A stretch of 64,000 nucleotides of DNA from Prorocentrum cordatum (taxonomy: Eukaryota), in NCBI GenBank assembly GCA_963575745.1, contig CAUYUJ010000094.1:1-64000 (forward strand). Direction: 5' to 3'. Position 1 is the first letter of the stretch. Each line of letters opens with the position of its first letter. The notes beneath the pieces were generated by a model that saw only the letters and a list, made by a program, of their open reading frames with translations, made no database searches and was not told the origin of the DNA. Shown piece by piece: positions 13,426 to 27,170 of the stretch. Position numbers and translations under genes: made by a program.

Positions 13426-16192
13426 CAGGGGGGGCAGGGGACACGCTGGAGGCGGTGCGACACGGGAGCCCAGGCGGGCTCCGCACTCTGGTGCAGAGCT
13501 GTCCCGACGTCAGCCGTACCGCACGCGCCTCTGGCCCATGCCAGGCACGGCGGCATGGGGAGGTCGCCCGCAGCCGGCAGCTGGCCGGCACTGGACTCGA
13601 CCACAACCTCGCGCTCCTCCAGAAGGCCAAGGAGGCCGACAAGGCCGCCTGGAGGTTCTATTGGCATGCGTTGGGGCGGTCTTGGGGCGCTTGCAATGGT
13701 TTTGGAAGCCTCTTGGGCAACCTGGAGGCCATCGTGGGCGCTCTGGGGTTGCACCGAGGTCTTGGGCGGCCGGGGAGTGGCCCAGGAGGCCCAAGGGGGC
13801 TCGTGCCCAGATTGGGGGTTCGGGGCCGAGGTTACTTGGGCTCCCGCTTCCTCCGTCGGGTTTGCATGAACCACTTATGAAGAATTGCCCGCAATCGTCA
13901 GGAAGCGCTGGCGGCACCAAGCACGGGGAGGAACTCTCGACGTCGGCGGTTTCCGGGGAGGCGAAAACACGGGACGCGCGGTTGTCCGCCCAGCCTTTCT
14001 GGGGCCCCAGAATCTGGCCGAAATCACTGCCTCCCAATCGAAACGCGCGCTTCAGCACTCCGACGGCGGTTCGCCCAATGCTTGGCGTCGTGATCCGCCA
14101 CCGTGCCTGCACGGAGCGGGCGTGTTGGAATGCTCGTCTGCTGCCTGGGAGGCGTTTGAATCTATCTCAGGGCCTCACCCCCGTAATTACCCGCACGCGT
14201 GCCTCGACCATGGCCCCCCATGAATCTGATTTCTGGCGCTTTTGTCAGCCTCCAGACAGCCAGGATCGCCTCCAAGACGACATCCAGGACGGCGACGACG
14301 ACACCAAAACGGCCGAGACAGCTCAAGAGGCTCTCAGGACGGCCTCAAAATGGTCCAAGAGGTCCGCAAGACTGCCCAAGTGGGCTCTGAGAGGCCCTCC
14401 AGGGGAGCCCGAGGAGGCCACGGCCGTTGATTGTCCTTTGGTTTTTGAAAGGATTTGGAATTCTCTTTCGTTTGGGTTTGCAGCCGCTCGAGATGGCCCA
14501 AGAGGCCTCCCATATAGCCTATAGCCCAAAGGCAGCCCAAGAGCCCCCCAAGACGGCCCGAAGTCGGCGCAAGGGGACCCCGAGATCGCCCAAGAGGCTC
14601 CCAAAAGAGCCCTAAAGCGCTCCAAGAAAGCACTCAGAAGGCTCAGAGAGGCCACGAGCCGCCTAAGATGGCCCAGGACGCCCAAAGAGTGGGCCTCAAG
14701 AGGCCCCCAAGAGGCCCCCAAGAGGCCCCCAGGAGGCTCCCAGGCCCCAAGGGAGCCCCCAAGAGGCCTTCTCCGCCTTGTCTTCATTTTCTCCCTCTCC
14801 TCCACATCCTCCTCCTACCGCGCGGACGAAGAAAGGGTCGAGTTCACGACCCGCCTCAGTTCAGACCGCTCGCTGAACTGCACAAGGGCGCGAACACCCT
14901 ACCGCGCGGACGGAGACAAAGTCGAGTTCACGACCCGTCCCAGTTCAGACCGCTCATCGGAATTGCGCCGTTCCTACACTCCGCCTCTTTCCTGCTGCGC
15001 TGCCTCCCATTCAGTCCTTCTGCGGCGCTTCTCACGCCGCATCGGTCCGCGGAAGGGTCCCGGGGCCCGAAACGTGTGCGAGAACGCCCGTCGTGTTCTT
15101 CCTCGCTTCTGCGGGCGGTCGCTTGGCAGACTCGAGACGGGTGCGGACAACAAAATACGATGCCCGAAGGCAACTGTTATCCAACACCGACACCAGCCGC
15201 TGCTGGGCAGGCGACTTTCTGCTTCAAGTGGACAACGTCCGCAGCGACGCCGACGGCGAGTCCAAGCACTGCTGCCGGTGTCCCCCGTCTTCCCGCGCTC
15301 CTTTCAATCGTACTGGGCCGACCTGGCAAGATGCCGGAGTCTGACTGACCTGCCAGTGCGAACGTGAGGGGGGGGGGAGCCTGAAGAGGGGGGACCGGCT
15401 CAAGGAAAGAAGCAGCGACCCGGAACGGCGATGCATCGCCTATGTATCGGTAATAAGGCCACCGGTAGCGAAGCCGCAAAATTCCTGGGCGGGCTGGACA
15501 ATCGGGACCCTATCGGTGAAGAATGGGCGATCTGGGCTCGATGCATCCCCCCATGAACCTACCCACCCCTAACGTTGCCCTTTTCGTTTCTCGAGTCGTA
15601 AATCGGCTCTGCAGTGGCCGTTCGGGACGATCCGGCATCCCCAGAACGCTCTCGGCAAGGCGAAGCTGCAGAAGAGCATCCCGAGGCGGTAAAACCGATG
15701 AGAACCGACGACAACTTCCGAAAGCCTCAAACCTCTCACCTCCGATGCATCCCCCCCTGAGCCCACGGTCGGGAAGTTTTGCAGAGCGTATCCCCGCGGC
15801 GGCCCCGGCGACACTCCATGCCTTGCGAGCGGGGAGCGTGTCACTTTGCTCCACGGGGCGGGCAGCTGGGACGAGCTCGGCAAGTGGGCGCCTGGGGACC
15901 GCCAAGTGGATGCCGTGTCGCGCCGGAGCGTGGTGGGGCAGAGTCGGCGGAGCGACGCGCTGAGCCACAGTTTCTGAGCCCGCAGTCGGGGGTGGTTGGA
16001 GAGGACGCGCAGGAGGACGCACAAGGCCCTCCCAAAGGCCACACTGCCACAGGGATGCAGAAGGCATGGGCCGCAGAACACAGGACGCAAGGGTACCCGT
16101 GACTCGGCATGGTCCACCTACTACGCAACCCCGGCCGTCTCCCCCCTCGCGCTGCCCCTGAAGACGGCCGCCCTCCGACGGCCCCAGGGTCA

Positions 16193-16342
16193 GGTCGGGC
16201 GTGCCCTCCTACAGGCGGAGCTTGGAGGAAAGACGAAGGTGGTCAAAATCATCAAAGATAGTCCAGAGAGCACGAAACATCGTCACCTGAGGACTTTTTT
16301 ACTACTCTTGAGTACTCCTCCTGTACACGGACATGCCCGACT
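16193..16342. mobile_element. MITE of the GTCGGGC..CTACAGG family
   Basis: GGTCGGGCGTGCCCTCCTACAGG ... CCTGTACACGGACATGCCCGACT, flanked by TCA/TCA. Related ends near 9920-10074, 24098, 31265-31288, 39227 and 39377. Confidence 0.7.
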
Positions 16343-19300
16343 TCACCGTATTCCCAGGAGAGACCTGAAAGTACCCATACCGCTCCTCCTCCGACCTCTC
16401 CTGGGGTGCGTTCTGACCCGGATTTCGAAGCGAATCCGGCGGTGGCTACGAGGGCTGCCCAGGAGGCCCGAAAAAGGGAAGGTGAGGGAAGGGTGGAGGA
16501 TGCGTTTCCTAAAGGGACGCCAGCAAGAGGGACTTCTGAGACCGCGGCGTTGCCTTCGAGACTTCGAGGCGTGCGAGAGTGAGAAAGCGTCATGCGGCGA
16601 CCTCGTGGGCGAAGCCGCGCGGGCGTGAGAAATCGGCATCGCCCGTCTCAAATGTCACTTCCCGGGGGGCCCCCTGCTGGAACCGCATGAACTGTCCCTC
16701 CTCTGATCCCCCCCTCGCGCTGCCCCCGAAGACGGCCGCCCCCCGACAGCCCCCAGGGGACGCCGGCGCGCCCCAGGCCCGAGGCCGACCAGGCGCGGGC
16801 AGGCGGAGGGGGGGGGAGGGGTTATGTTGCATCCTCGGGGGGCCCGGGCCCGAGGCCGACCAGGCGCGGGCAGGCGGAGGGGGGGGGGAGGGGTTATGTT
16901 GCATCCTCGGGGGGCCCTCCTCCTCCTCCTCCTCCTCCTCCTCCTCCTCCTCCTCCTCCTCCTTCCTCCTCCTCCTCCTCCTCCTCCTCCTCCTCCTCCC
17001 TCCTCCGCTTCTGATTCCGCCAGTGCCTCCACCTCCTCCTCCGCCGCCTTCCCCCTTCCACCCTCGCCCCCTCCTTGTTACCCTCCTTCCTTCTCCGCCT
17101 CCGCCCCGGTAGCCGTCGGAGCCTCCTCCTCCTCCTCCTCCTCCTCCTCCTCCTCCATCCTTTTGCTGCATCCTCGGGGGACCTTGTCTCTCCCGTCGCG
17201 GCCCCATCCACGGCGGATCCGTGTCGAATCCGTGTCGGACTCGTCGGATCCGCGTCGAATCCGCGTCGACTCCGCGCCAGATCCGCGCCGAGCCCGCACC
17301 GAGCCCGCGATGGGGCACCAGAGAAGACACCAACCCGGGAAACGCGCGGGGCCCCCAAGGGGGGGGGGGAGGGCGGGGCGGCGCGCGGCGGCGCGGCCCG
17401 AGGTCGAGCCCGTCTTCAGCTCCCCGTGCGTACAGCCCTTCTTCACGACCTTCAGGATCTTCGCCTCCGTTGGCAGCTCGTGGGGGCCTCCCGTGCCACC
17501 TCGTCGGATCCTGCGAATCGACGCCCGTCGACGCCACATCGACGCTCGTCGACGCCGAATCGGGGGCGCATCGACGCCAGACGACGCTAAAGCGGCGCTA
17601 TCGCATCGGCTCCCAGACGCCAGTCGACGCAAAAGAAACTATTCAGAGGGGACACCCGGTTCCCCGAACTCGGTACCGAGTTCGCCTGGCTCGGTGGCAG
17701 CTCCTGGCTGCCGGCCCACCCCCCCCCCCGAGTGGTGACCACATCACGACGGGAGGCTTTCTCTCGCCATCTTCGGCCTCCGAGGGCCCTCGCCGGGCCT
17801 CGGGACCGCGAGAAACAAAAACCTGGGGATGACAAAACGGCCCCAGGGGGGAGGAGGAGGAGGAGGAGGAGGAGGAGGAGGAGGAGGAGGAGGAGGAGGA
17901 GGAGGAGGAGGAGGAGGAGGAGGAGGAGGAGGAGGAGGAAGGAGGAGGAGGAGGGAGGAGGAGGAGGAGGATCGGCCCGCCGAGGAGGAGGTGTTTCGTC
18001 CCGCGGCGGTTTTGGACATCCCCTTCAGTGCAAGCACTGGTGGGGGAATCTTCCCGTGCCCTCGGAGGCCCTCGCCCGGGGCGGCCCCACCCGCGGGAAA
18101 TGCGCGCACGGAAAAAATCATGACGTCGGGGGGTCGATTTCCAGAGTGGGGGGCGCTCCACTACATCGAGGAAGCACGATGGAACCCGTAAACCGCCAAC
18201 CCGAAATCTGGAGTGGTCCAGGGCCTTCGGGTTGGGTGGGGGTGGCTTGGCAAGTGGTGAGCTCGTGGGAGCCTCCCATCCCATCTTGATGCTCTTGAGA
18301 ACCGGCGCTGGTCGACGCCAATCGAAGCTGAGTCGACGCTATTCGACGCTTATCGACTCGACATCGGCGATTCCGCATCGATTACAACGCCAGCGCACGC
18401 GAATGCACCCTGAAGACGAAGTCCCGAGAACATGCGGGCCTCCCATGATGTGCTACCAAAAGCCTGGGATGTTCGGAGACATTCGGCTACATGCGAGAGC
18501 GACCCTGGGTAAGAGTGACCCTTGGTGCGCGGCTTCTCGTGGGCCGCGGGAAGGCAGAACCCGAGCGCGCCAGACGCTGCTACCGCCTCGCGTGACTCTC
18601 ACCCAGGGGCCCCAACGTCCCCGCACCAAGAGGTCACGCCGGCGGAAGGCCACTCTGACGTCTGGTCGAGACACGCGCTCGGGAGCCCCTGCTCGGCGCG
18701 CCGCCGCGGCGGCCCCGGCGACACGCTGCGCCCTGCGAGCGGCTGCCGTGCCCCTCCGCCCCGCGGGGCGGAGAGGGCCGGGAGAGGCCCTGGGCGCCGA
18801 CGCCCTGGGGGGGCCCGGGCCGAGGGGACAGTCTCGGCGTGTCGCACCGGAGCGCGCTGGCGGGGCCAGGCTCGGCGGAGCGACTCGCTGAGCCACAGAG
18901 TCGGCCCTGATTGGACAGGGCACGCGAGATGACACGAGACCCTTCCGAGGGCCACGCCCCACGCAGCGTGGAGGGATGGGTGGGATGGGGCAGGCTGTCA
19001 CATGTGGCGCGGGCGCGCGTCTCCCCTCCCGCACCCCCCGCTCCTGCCGGCCTGCCCCCGTCTCCGCGCAGTCCGCCTCTTCGGCAGCCGCGCTCTCTTC
19101 CTCCTCCTCCTCCTCCTCCTCCTCCTCCTCCTCCTCTTCCTCCTCTCTCCTTCATCCTCCTCTCCTCCTCCTCCTTCTTTCTCTCCTCCTCCTCCTCCTC
19201 CTCCTCCCTCATTCATCATCTCCTCTCCTCCGCCTCCTCCTCCTCCTCCTCCTCTTTCCTCCTCCTCCTCCTCTCCTCCTCCTCCTCCTCCTCCTCCTCC

Positions 19301-21389
19301 TCCTCCTTGATTTGTTACGTTTGGGCGAACTTTCGATTCAAAGCTGTAGCGTCCGTCCTCCTCCTCCGCCTCCTCCTCCTCCTCGCACAGACGGGCCCTG
19401 TGCCAGCGCAGCCGTGCGGGGCAATAGCGGCACAGCCCCCGCCACTGGCCGATGCCCGTGGTTGGACGGGGGGTGGGCTGCGCTGTCCGGGGCTCCCACG
19501 AGTTCGTGCCGAGAGCAGCCCCCGTCGACTGCGAAGCGAGCACCCAGCGGAGGGATCACACAAATCTCCTCTTCCTCCTCCTCCTCCTCCTCCTCCTCCG
19601 CCTCCTCCTCCTCGTGCTCCTCCTCGTCCTCCTCCTCCTTCTCCTCCTCCTCCCTCCTCTCCCTCCTCCTCCTTCTCGCCTCCCCTCTCCTCCTCTCCTC
19701 CTCCTTCTCCTCGTCCTCCTCCTCCGTCCTCGTCCTCCTCCTTGCCCTCCTCCTTGCCCCTCCTCCTCCTCCTCTTCCCTTCCTCCTCCTTCCCCTCCTC
19801 CTCCTTCCGCCTCCGCCGCACGGGATTGCATGGGCGCGCACGGTGCACGCCCCCGCCCCCCCCCCCCCCCCAAAATGTCGGGCGTTCGTTCACGGGCTGG
19901 ACATACACGGGGGCGGCGGGCAAGACAAGTTAAACTTTCCAGCACCTTCACAGGAGGCCTTCCAAACCAGGCTCGGGTAGATGGGTCGGAGGACCGCGCC
20001 GCATCGCCGATGCATCGCCGACGTCGGCAATGTATCGCCGCTGTCGGCGTGGCGAAAATCGGGATCCGCATCGAGCCGTATCGCCGATGCATCGGCGATG
20101 CGGCGCGATTTTCCGATTCCATCTGCTTGAACCCCATCTGGGAAGCCTGAAGCTTAGGGCCCCTTCTGGGCCACCTTCGGGAAGTCTTCGATTCCCCCCC
20201 AGGTTGATTGCCCTCCCGCTACCGACCGCCAAGTGGAAACCAGGCGACTTGGCTGGGTCGAAGCTGCCTGCAAGGCCGAAGCGTTCCAGAGGCAGGCCAT
20301 GCACAACTTGTGACCACTTTTGCCTGACAGATTCTCCAACCGAGTCCAGTGTGTGGACCGGGCCCAGCGCTCGATTCGAGATTGTGGCTGTGCGCGTGGG
20401 CGTGCGATTGTGATTGTGCGTGTGTGCCCGAAGCGCGCACGGAGTCGAGCAATGCATGATGGTGCAAACCTGGCCTGTCTGGCTGTTGCTCCAGGGAGGG
20501 GCCTGTGCTCAGGAGGGGCTGCAGCACCGCCCAACGATGTGCTGTCAGCCGAACCTTCCGGGTCAACCACTTCCCTTCCCATCAGGGTGTCGCCCGGATC
20601 CTTCTCCCGCGGCCATCGTTGGCCTCGTGGAGTTCTTAGCATGGGGGGAAGCGGGTCCTGAGGGAAACGGTTCCCCGACCCCGGGGCCTCCTCCCAAGAC
20701 GAGATCTTCATCCTGAGTCGTTTGCTGACAGTCCCAGGGCCCGTGGAGGGCCCCGAGAGGCCCCAAACGGGGAACATAGAGAACGAAAACGCCGTAAACA
20801 TAAACTGTTGGCGCTCCGCACGGATATCTTGGATCTGCGCTGGACCCCCCTCCCTGGCGCGCGGAGCGCGCTAGGAGTGGCGCCGGAAGCGCCGCCAGAT
20901 AGGGCTCAGCGCAGATCCAAGAAATCCGCGCGAAGCGGCAAACGTTATGCTTATATCCTCGCTCCTTCTTCGTGAAAAAACGTAGGACCCGTTTCCCTCA
21001 GGAACCGCTTCCCCCATGGCCAAATTTTTCGAATGTGCTACCGATCGCCCCCTCCCGTGCCCACAGCCTGGAGGGAGGAGGAAAACGAGGAGGAGGACCA
21101 GTGTAAACCCAAGAGTCATCAACGATGTTGGAATGAACCCTCCTTCCAAGCTCCCTCTTCATATGCCCCTAACAACCGTTTCAAGACCTTGAGGCATACC
21201 AAACATTGTTCTCGGAATTCCAACGTCATTGATCGACCTGATTGTTGCATCTTGACAGTCCTGAATCGTGCCAGAATGCCATTTCTGGGACTTCAGCGCA
21301 GAGAACCGACGTGACTGTTGCACCCGCATTATCCTGAGTCCTTCCAAAACGCGATCTCTGGTACGCTGATGATGGGACTCCGTGAAACT

Positions 21390-21680
21390 CTTGCAACTGT
21401 TGCAGTTGTAGACGAGTTTACGCGGCACTGAGGCGAGAGCCACATTTTGAAAAGGAGCCGCGCTCAATCCGTGAAACTCTTGCAAATTTTGTGAAACGAA
21501 TGTGCGCCGCGCTAAAGCGAGAGCCACATTTTGAAAACCATTCGCCCTCAATCCGTGAAGCTCCGCGATATAGCGAGAACCACGTTTTGAACACGAGCCG
21601 CCCTCAATCCGTAAACGAATGTACGCCGCGCTACGGCGAGATCCATATTTTGAAAACCACCCGCCCTCCATGTGTGAAAC
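21390..21680. repeat. Degenerate ~60-75-bp minisatellite; inverted relative at ~59340-59690
   Basis: GCGAGAGCCACATTTTGAAAA...CCCTCAATCCGTGAAAC units; the reverse complement TTTTCAAAATGTGG..TCGCC appears near 59.4-59.7 kb. Confidence 0.7.
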
Positions 21681-22269
21681 TATTGCCAATATGCAATCTT
21701 CATCGTCACAAATGGTGAGGAAGTCTCAGGCGAAACGCCTGGCCCGCCCTAAAAACTGGCCTCGGGGTGAGACAGGGAGAAGATTTGTAAGGCGAAGAGG
21801 ACGAAGAGGACGAGGAAAAGGACAAAGTATGAAGGAGGACGAAGAGGACGAGGAGCCCTCGTGTCCGCAATGCCCCCCACCACCCCCCGTGCGCGCGGGC
21901 GCCCGGGCAGGCAGGCAGGCCGCCGTAGCGCCAGGTCGCCGCGGGGGGGGGCCTTGTCCATGCCCGGGGGGATGAGCCCCAGCCTCGGTGCGCCAGAGGA
22001 GCGCGGATCGAGGAGGAAGAGGAGGAGGACGAGGAGGAGGAGGAGGAGGAGGAGGGAGAGAAGAGGGAGGAGGAGGAGGAGGAGGAGGAGGAGGAGGAGG
22101 AGGAGGAGGAGGAGGAGGAGGAGGAGGAGGAGGAGGAGGAGGAGGAGGAGGAGGGTTGGAAGATGATGATGAGAGATTGATGAGGAGGAGGAGGAGGAGA
22201 GGAGGATGGGGGAGAAGAGGGAGGAGGAGGAGAAGGAGGAGGAGGAGGATGAGGAGGAGGAGGAGGAGA

Positions 22270-23130
22270 GAGAGGAGCTTCGTAGAGGAGGATCGAAAAG
22301 GAGGAGGAGGACGAGGAGGGGAGCGGTCGACCGCGAATCGGCGGCGCTCCTGGCCACACGAGGCGCTCGGTCACGCGCCACCCGCTGCGAGCGGAGGAGG
22401 GAGGAGGAGGAGAGGAGGAGGAGGAGAGGAGGAGGGGAGGAGGGGAGAAGAGGGAGGAGGAGGAGAGGAGGAGGAGGAGGAGGAGGAGGAGGAGGAGGAG
22501 GAGGAGGAGGAGGAGCTTCGAGAATCGAGGAGGATCGAAAGGAGGAGGAGGAGGAGGAAGAGGAGGAGGAGCGGATCGACCGCGAATCGGCGGCGCCGCT
22601 CTGGCCACACGAGGGCGCTCGGTCACGCGCCACCCGCTGCCGAGCGGAGGATGAGGAGGAGAGGAGGAGGGAGGAGAGAGGAGAGGAGGAGGAGGAGGAG
22701 GAGGAGGAGCTTCGAGAATCGAGGAGGATCGAAAGGAGGAGGAGGAGGAGGAAGGGAGCGGAGCGGATCGACCGCGAATCGGCGGCGCTCCTGGCCACAC
22801 GAGGCGCTCGGTCACGCGCCACCCGCTGCCGAGCGGAGGATGAGGAGGAGAGGAGGAGGAGGAGGAGGAGGAGGAGGAGGAGGAGGAGGAGGAGGAGGAG
22901 GAGGAGCTTCGAGAATCGAGGAGGATCGAAAGGAGGAGGAGGAGGAGGAAGAGGAGGAGGAGCGGATCGACCGCGAATCGGCGGCGCTCCTGGCCACACG
23001 AGGCGCTCGGTCACGCGCCACCCGCTGCCGAGCGGAGGATGAGGAGGAGAGGAGGAGGAGGAGGAGGAGGAGGAGGAGGAGGAGGAGGAGGAGGAGGAGG
23101 AGGAGGAGGACGAGCTGCGAGGATCGAGGG
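22270..23130. repeat. Tandem array of four ~180-230-bp units with variable (GAG)n spacers
   Basis: Conserved CGACCGCGAATCGGCGGCGCTCCTGGCCACACGAGGCGCTCGGTCACGCGCCACCCGCTGC occurs four times. Confidence 0.9.
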
Positions 23131-25227
23131 GAATATCCGACCGGATCCCCGAAATACGCCGGCCTTCTTTTCCCCGACCCGCTCCCTGGATCCAATTTGC
23201 AGGGCACCCGAGGGCCAGGCGAAGGCCACCGCGGGCCCGAGCCCGAGAGAGAGAGAGAAGCCCGCGGTGGGCAAAAGGTGTGCGGTGGAGGCCAGCGAGG
23301 AAGCCTCGCCACGGCTGGGGCCTGGCAGCGGGGGGCCAGCGCCCGGCGCGCCGCGGCTGCGGGCCGGCCCGTCCGTGCCCAGGGCGGGGCCCGAGGGGGG
23401 GGGGGGGGGGGGGCAGCCTCGGGCGCGCACGGGCCGCGGGCGGGTCGAGGCTCCCCGTTCGAGGGCGTCCCGAGGAGCAGAGCCCCCTCCTCGGGAGAGC
23501 AAGAGGAGCCACTGCCACCAGGACTCCACGTAACTCCGTTCACAAAGGCCCCCCACCCCCGTGCTGGTGGCACTCCGTTCCGGGCACTCTCTGGGGGCGC
23601 GCCCGGGACGGGGTGCCACCAGCTCGGGCAGGGGGAGCGGTTGGCCCCCTAGCTGGTGGTAGTGGTTCTTTCTCCCCTGGTGATCTCCCCAGCCCCAACC
23701 CCAGACCCCCGACGTCATGATTTTTTCATATCGTCGACCCCCAGAGGTCTCGACGCATTCCCCGGGGCCGGTTTCTCGTCCTGAGTCTTTTTGTTGACGG
23801 TCCCAAGGCCCGGTAAGGGCGCCTGGAAGCCAAAAACAGCGAAAACCCTCACGTCGTGATTGTTTCCTTGCTGAGGGGGTCTGGGACTGGTCCTTGCTTC
23901 AGCGTCTTGGCTGCACGGTGGCGCGTCGGGTCACACGTGCACTTGCCAGCCGCCTTGGACGGCGGAAGGTCTACATTTTGCTCCGCCCTTCGTCCGCTGC
24001 TCGGGGGGCGTCCAGAAGGGGAACGCGTCCAAGAGGGGAGCTCGCAGATCGTGGCGCGAGGCGCGTGCGTGGACGAGGGGGGGTGGGGCAGAGTTAGGTC
24101 GGGCAGGTCCTCCTACAGGCGGATTTTGGAAGAACAGTTAAAACAGCAAACAAGACAAACATTCACTGCGTGGAGCCCGCCATGTGCGCATCTATTAGCA
24201 CGGACCTGTCCGCCGTGAGTGTCTAGGCGCAAGAGGTTCGAATATAACCGAGCTTGAATATTGACGGTCTGGGAATGACTCTGAGGGCGAATGAGTCTTA
24301 ATAAAACGAGCGCGTCTCTGCGCATGAGCCTGGGGCGTCCTGGAGCCTCCTGCAACCTCCTGGGGCTTCTTGGGGCCTCCTGGAGCCTCTTGGGGCCTCC
24401 TGGGGCCTCTTGGGGAGGATTCGTGCCCCAGGAGAAGCCCAATCTACAGGAACAGACGTACATAAAACACTACGGATTGGAACCGCAGGAGAAGGGCAAT
24501 CTATAGGAACACGCGTAAAACACCAAGGACTCGTGCCCCAGGGGAGGCCCAAACTATAAGAATACAAATGCGACTCTTAGGATTGGATGCGCAGGGGAAG
24601 GACAATGTATAGAAACATACGTAAACACACATCAAGGACTCGTGCTCCAGTGGGGCCCCAATCTATAAAAGCATACTTACAACACATGGGATTCGAGCCA
24701 CTCCTGTGGCCTGTTTGTTTCTCTCCTCTCGGCGGCATGCGGCAGTCATGAAGTCACGATGCATTCGACAAAAGTGTGTGTGTGTGTCTGTGGGTGGGGG
24801 GGGGCAAGAGCTTGTCCAACAGCTTGCAAAAGTGTGCGGGGCAACTGTTTCGTAGAGCTTGCAGCCTAGATCCTCGTACTGCGGCAGACTTCTGACACGA
24901 ACAAGAAGAAACAGCACAATCAGGAAAAGCAGTTCGTACCGCGGCACACTGCGAGGAAAACAGTCTGGAGAGCCAGCGCTCGGCAAGGGCTCCTGGCTTG
25001 ACGGCCTGTTGGCAACCAACTGGCGCCACGGAACAGTAATATCCACCACACCAGCCCAGCATCTGAAAAAAAGGTCCAGCTTGAAGACCGACGCAGAAGA
25101 CAATCTATGCAATCCTGCCGATGTCCCTCCACCGTGCAAGGTACCTGAGCGTCCCACCGGCTCTCGAACCGCGCCGAATGCAGGCCCCAAGCACAACTCA
25201 ACGGGAGCCTCATCATTGCCCACTCGC

Positions 25228-27170
25228 TTACATTCTCAGACACTGTTTCCGCAACTGCGACTGCTCAACCCATGTTCAGTGCCTCCTGAACCGCCGCCAT
25301 GCGAGCAGCTTTGGACACGTACGCCTTGTTGGGCCCAGACCAGATGGGAGGCCCACCTCTGACGGCAGGGGCCGTCTTCTGCATCTCGAGGAGGTCGAAC
25401 TGCTTGGCCGCATCTTGTTTTAAGTCGGGCGTGTCCCCCTACAGGGGGATTTTCAACAAAAAATATGAAATACCCCCGAAAGATCCCAAAATGGTCAAAG
25501 AGTACAAAAAAATAGTCCCCAGACTATTTTGGACTATTTTTTGAATTTTGTTGGGGGCATTTTTAATTTGTCGTCGGAAATCCCCCTGTAGGGAGACAGG
25601 CCCGACTTAAATCTTGCTCCCTCTGGGCGGCAGCCTCCTCCAAGGCTGGAACGTCGGCGGCCCCGCCGGCCCTCGCCTCGGCGAGCTGTGCGCGCGCCTC
25701 CTTCGCGCGTGCTGCGAGTCGAGCATGCTTCCTGAAATTGAGCTTCAACGACTTCACTTCGGAGGGGACGGCGGCCGGATGAAAATCGCCGAGGTCCAAA
25801 TCCGCCAACTCCATCTCGGCTATCTCGGAGCGCAGTTTCAGGAGCTCCTCCGTAAGAGTGTCGACCTCGGCTTTGTGCAGACAGCGCTGCCCTACTACCT
25901 TGGTAGCCACTGTCTTCACACCCGCCATCCGTTCCCCAAACTCCAAGGAGCGCATCGTCTCCTCGTAGTGCTGCGGCTCAGAGGCCACGTTGATCACGAC
26001 TGACGTGGCGGCATTACCGTCCAAGGAGCTGCGCAACAGCATCGTGAGCACCGAGTCGCGGAACGGCACGTGTTTGGCGTTGGCACCCAGCGCCCTGATC
26101 ACCTTGCCCAACGCGGTGAGAGATCCATTGATTGCCATTGCCTGCGTGGCCGCCACGCCCTCCACCCCGGTCTTGAGGATACGTTCGGACCCTGCAAGAT
26201 CCACGAACAATAGCCGTTTCTTAGTCACCTGACCCTGTTGGCGATCCACGCAGAACAAATGAACCAGGCAGTGAGATCGCGAAGAGCGAGCGTTCAATGC
26301 GTGTCCCACTGCGGTGCGCGTGATCTCGATCGTGAGCGCTAACTGAGCCACTTCCACTGGAGTTGTGAGCGGTATCAACTTCTCGCCAACTGTAGCGAAC
26401 GTGGAGGGCTCCTTGGACGAAGGCGCACTGGCCAACGACGGGGCGGCCGTGCCACGCTTGACCACCTCGCGCCCTCCGTTGATCAAGGCGTTGCGCTTGG
26501 CTTCCCGAGCAGCCTTCTCCGCTTCCTGCGCTTTGAAGCACTTGCTGCACTGGCAATGCGCAGGGTGCACACCAGCATGCGCGGTGCCCGAAGCTCCCTC
26601 CTTCCCTCCCTCGAGCCCGGGAATGACACAGCCGCCTCCGCCGACCTGACGGCCAACGCTCTTTGTGCCGACTTGAAGGGGCGCGCGGTCTGCGAGCAGG
26701 TCGTAAGCGGCGTCCTGGTACACCTCGATGGCGGAAGCGTACAGCGCACCCCCGCCGCTCTGCATGAGCTCCAGCGCGATCCGAGGAAAGATGCCCCACG
26801 CCGTTGGTGCCGCGGTGGTGCCTCCCGACCCGGCGAGGCTCGCCTCCGTCAGGCAGCCCGGCGGCCCGAACATCGTGTGCGTTTTGCCGGATCCCGTCTG
26901 CCCATACGCCAGCAGGGTGCAGGAGTAGCCATCGCGGAGCCGAGCCAGAAGCGGAGCTGCGATCGCCCGAAAGGCCTGCTCCTGATCACTGCCTGTCACC
27001 ACGTTCTCGACTGCCTCGAACACCTTGTGCTCCGTCGTGGCCGCCTCGTCCGTCTCGACCGCCCCCTTCTTCAGCACTACCACACCGCGCTGGTCCGCTG
27101 AAATGAGGGGAGGCCCAGATTCTGCTCGAGACGGTCGCAACCGCACAGACACCGAGATCTTATGTGACAT
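25228..27170 (-). CDS. Kinesin motor protein retrogene (N-terminal motor plus coiled coil), interrupted by a MITE at 25424-25606
   Basis: P-loop AYGQTGSGKTHT, switch I NARSSRSH, switch II FVDLAGSER and HVPFRDSVLT. ATG at 27170 lies 12 nt after the SL relic. No introns in the motor domain. Removing the MITE plus 4 nt restores the frame (EQDLKQDAAKQFDLLEM...CLRM, TAA at 25228-25230). Confidence 0.93.
25424..25606. mobile_element. 183-bp MITE inside the kinesin CDS
   Basis: ~29-bp TIRs GTCGGGCGTGTCCCCCTACAGGGGGATTT / AAATCCCCCTGTAGGGAGACAGGCCCGAC, flanked by TTAA on both sides; AT-rich interior. Confidence 0.92.

Noticed and set aside
22270..23130. CRISPR-like repeat-spacer array
   Set aside because: Spacers are GAG microsatellites, units are too long, there are no cas genes, and the context is eukaryotic.
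16590..23718. Long Pro/Gly/Glu/Arg-rich ORFs (up to 589 aa)
   Set aside because: Stop-free GAG/CCT repeats and high GC open all frames; no domain motifs are present.
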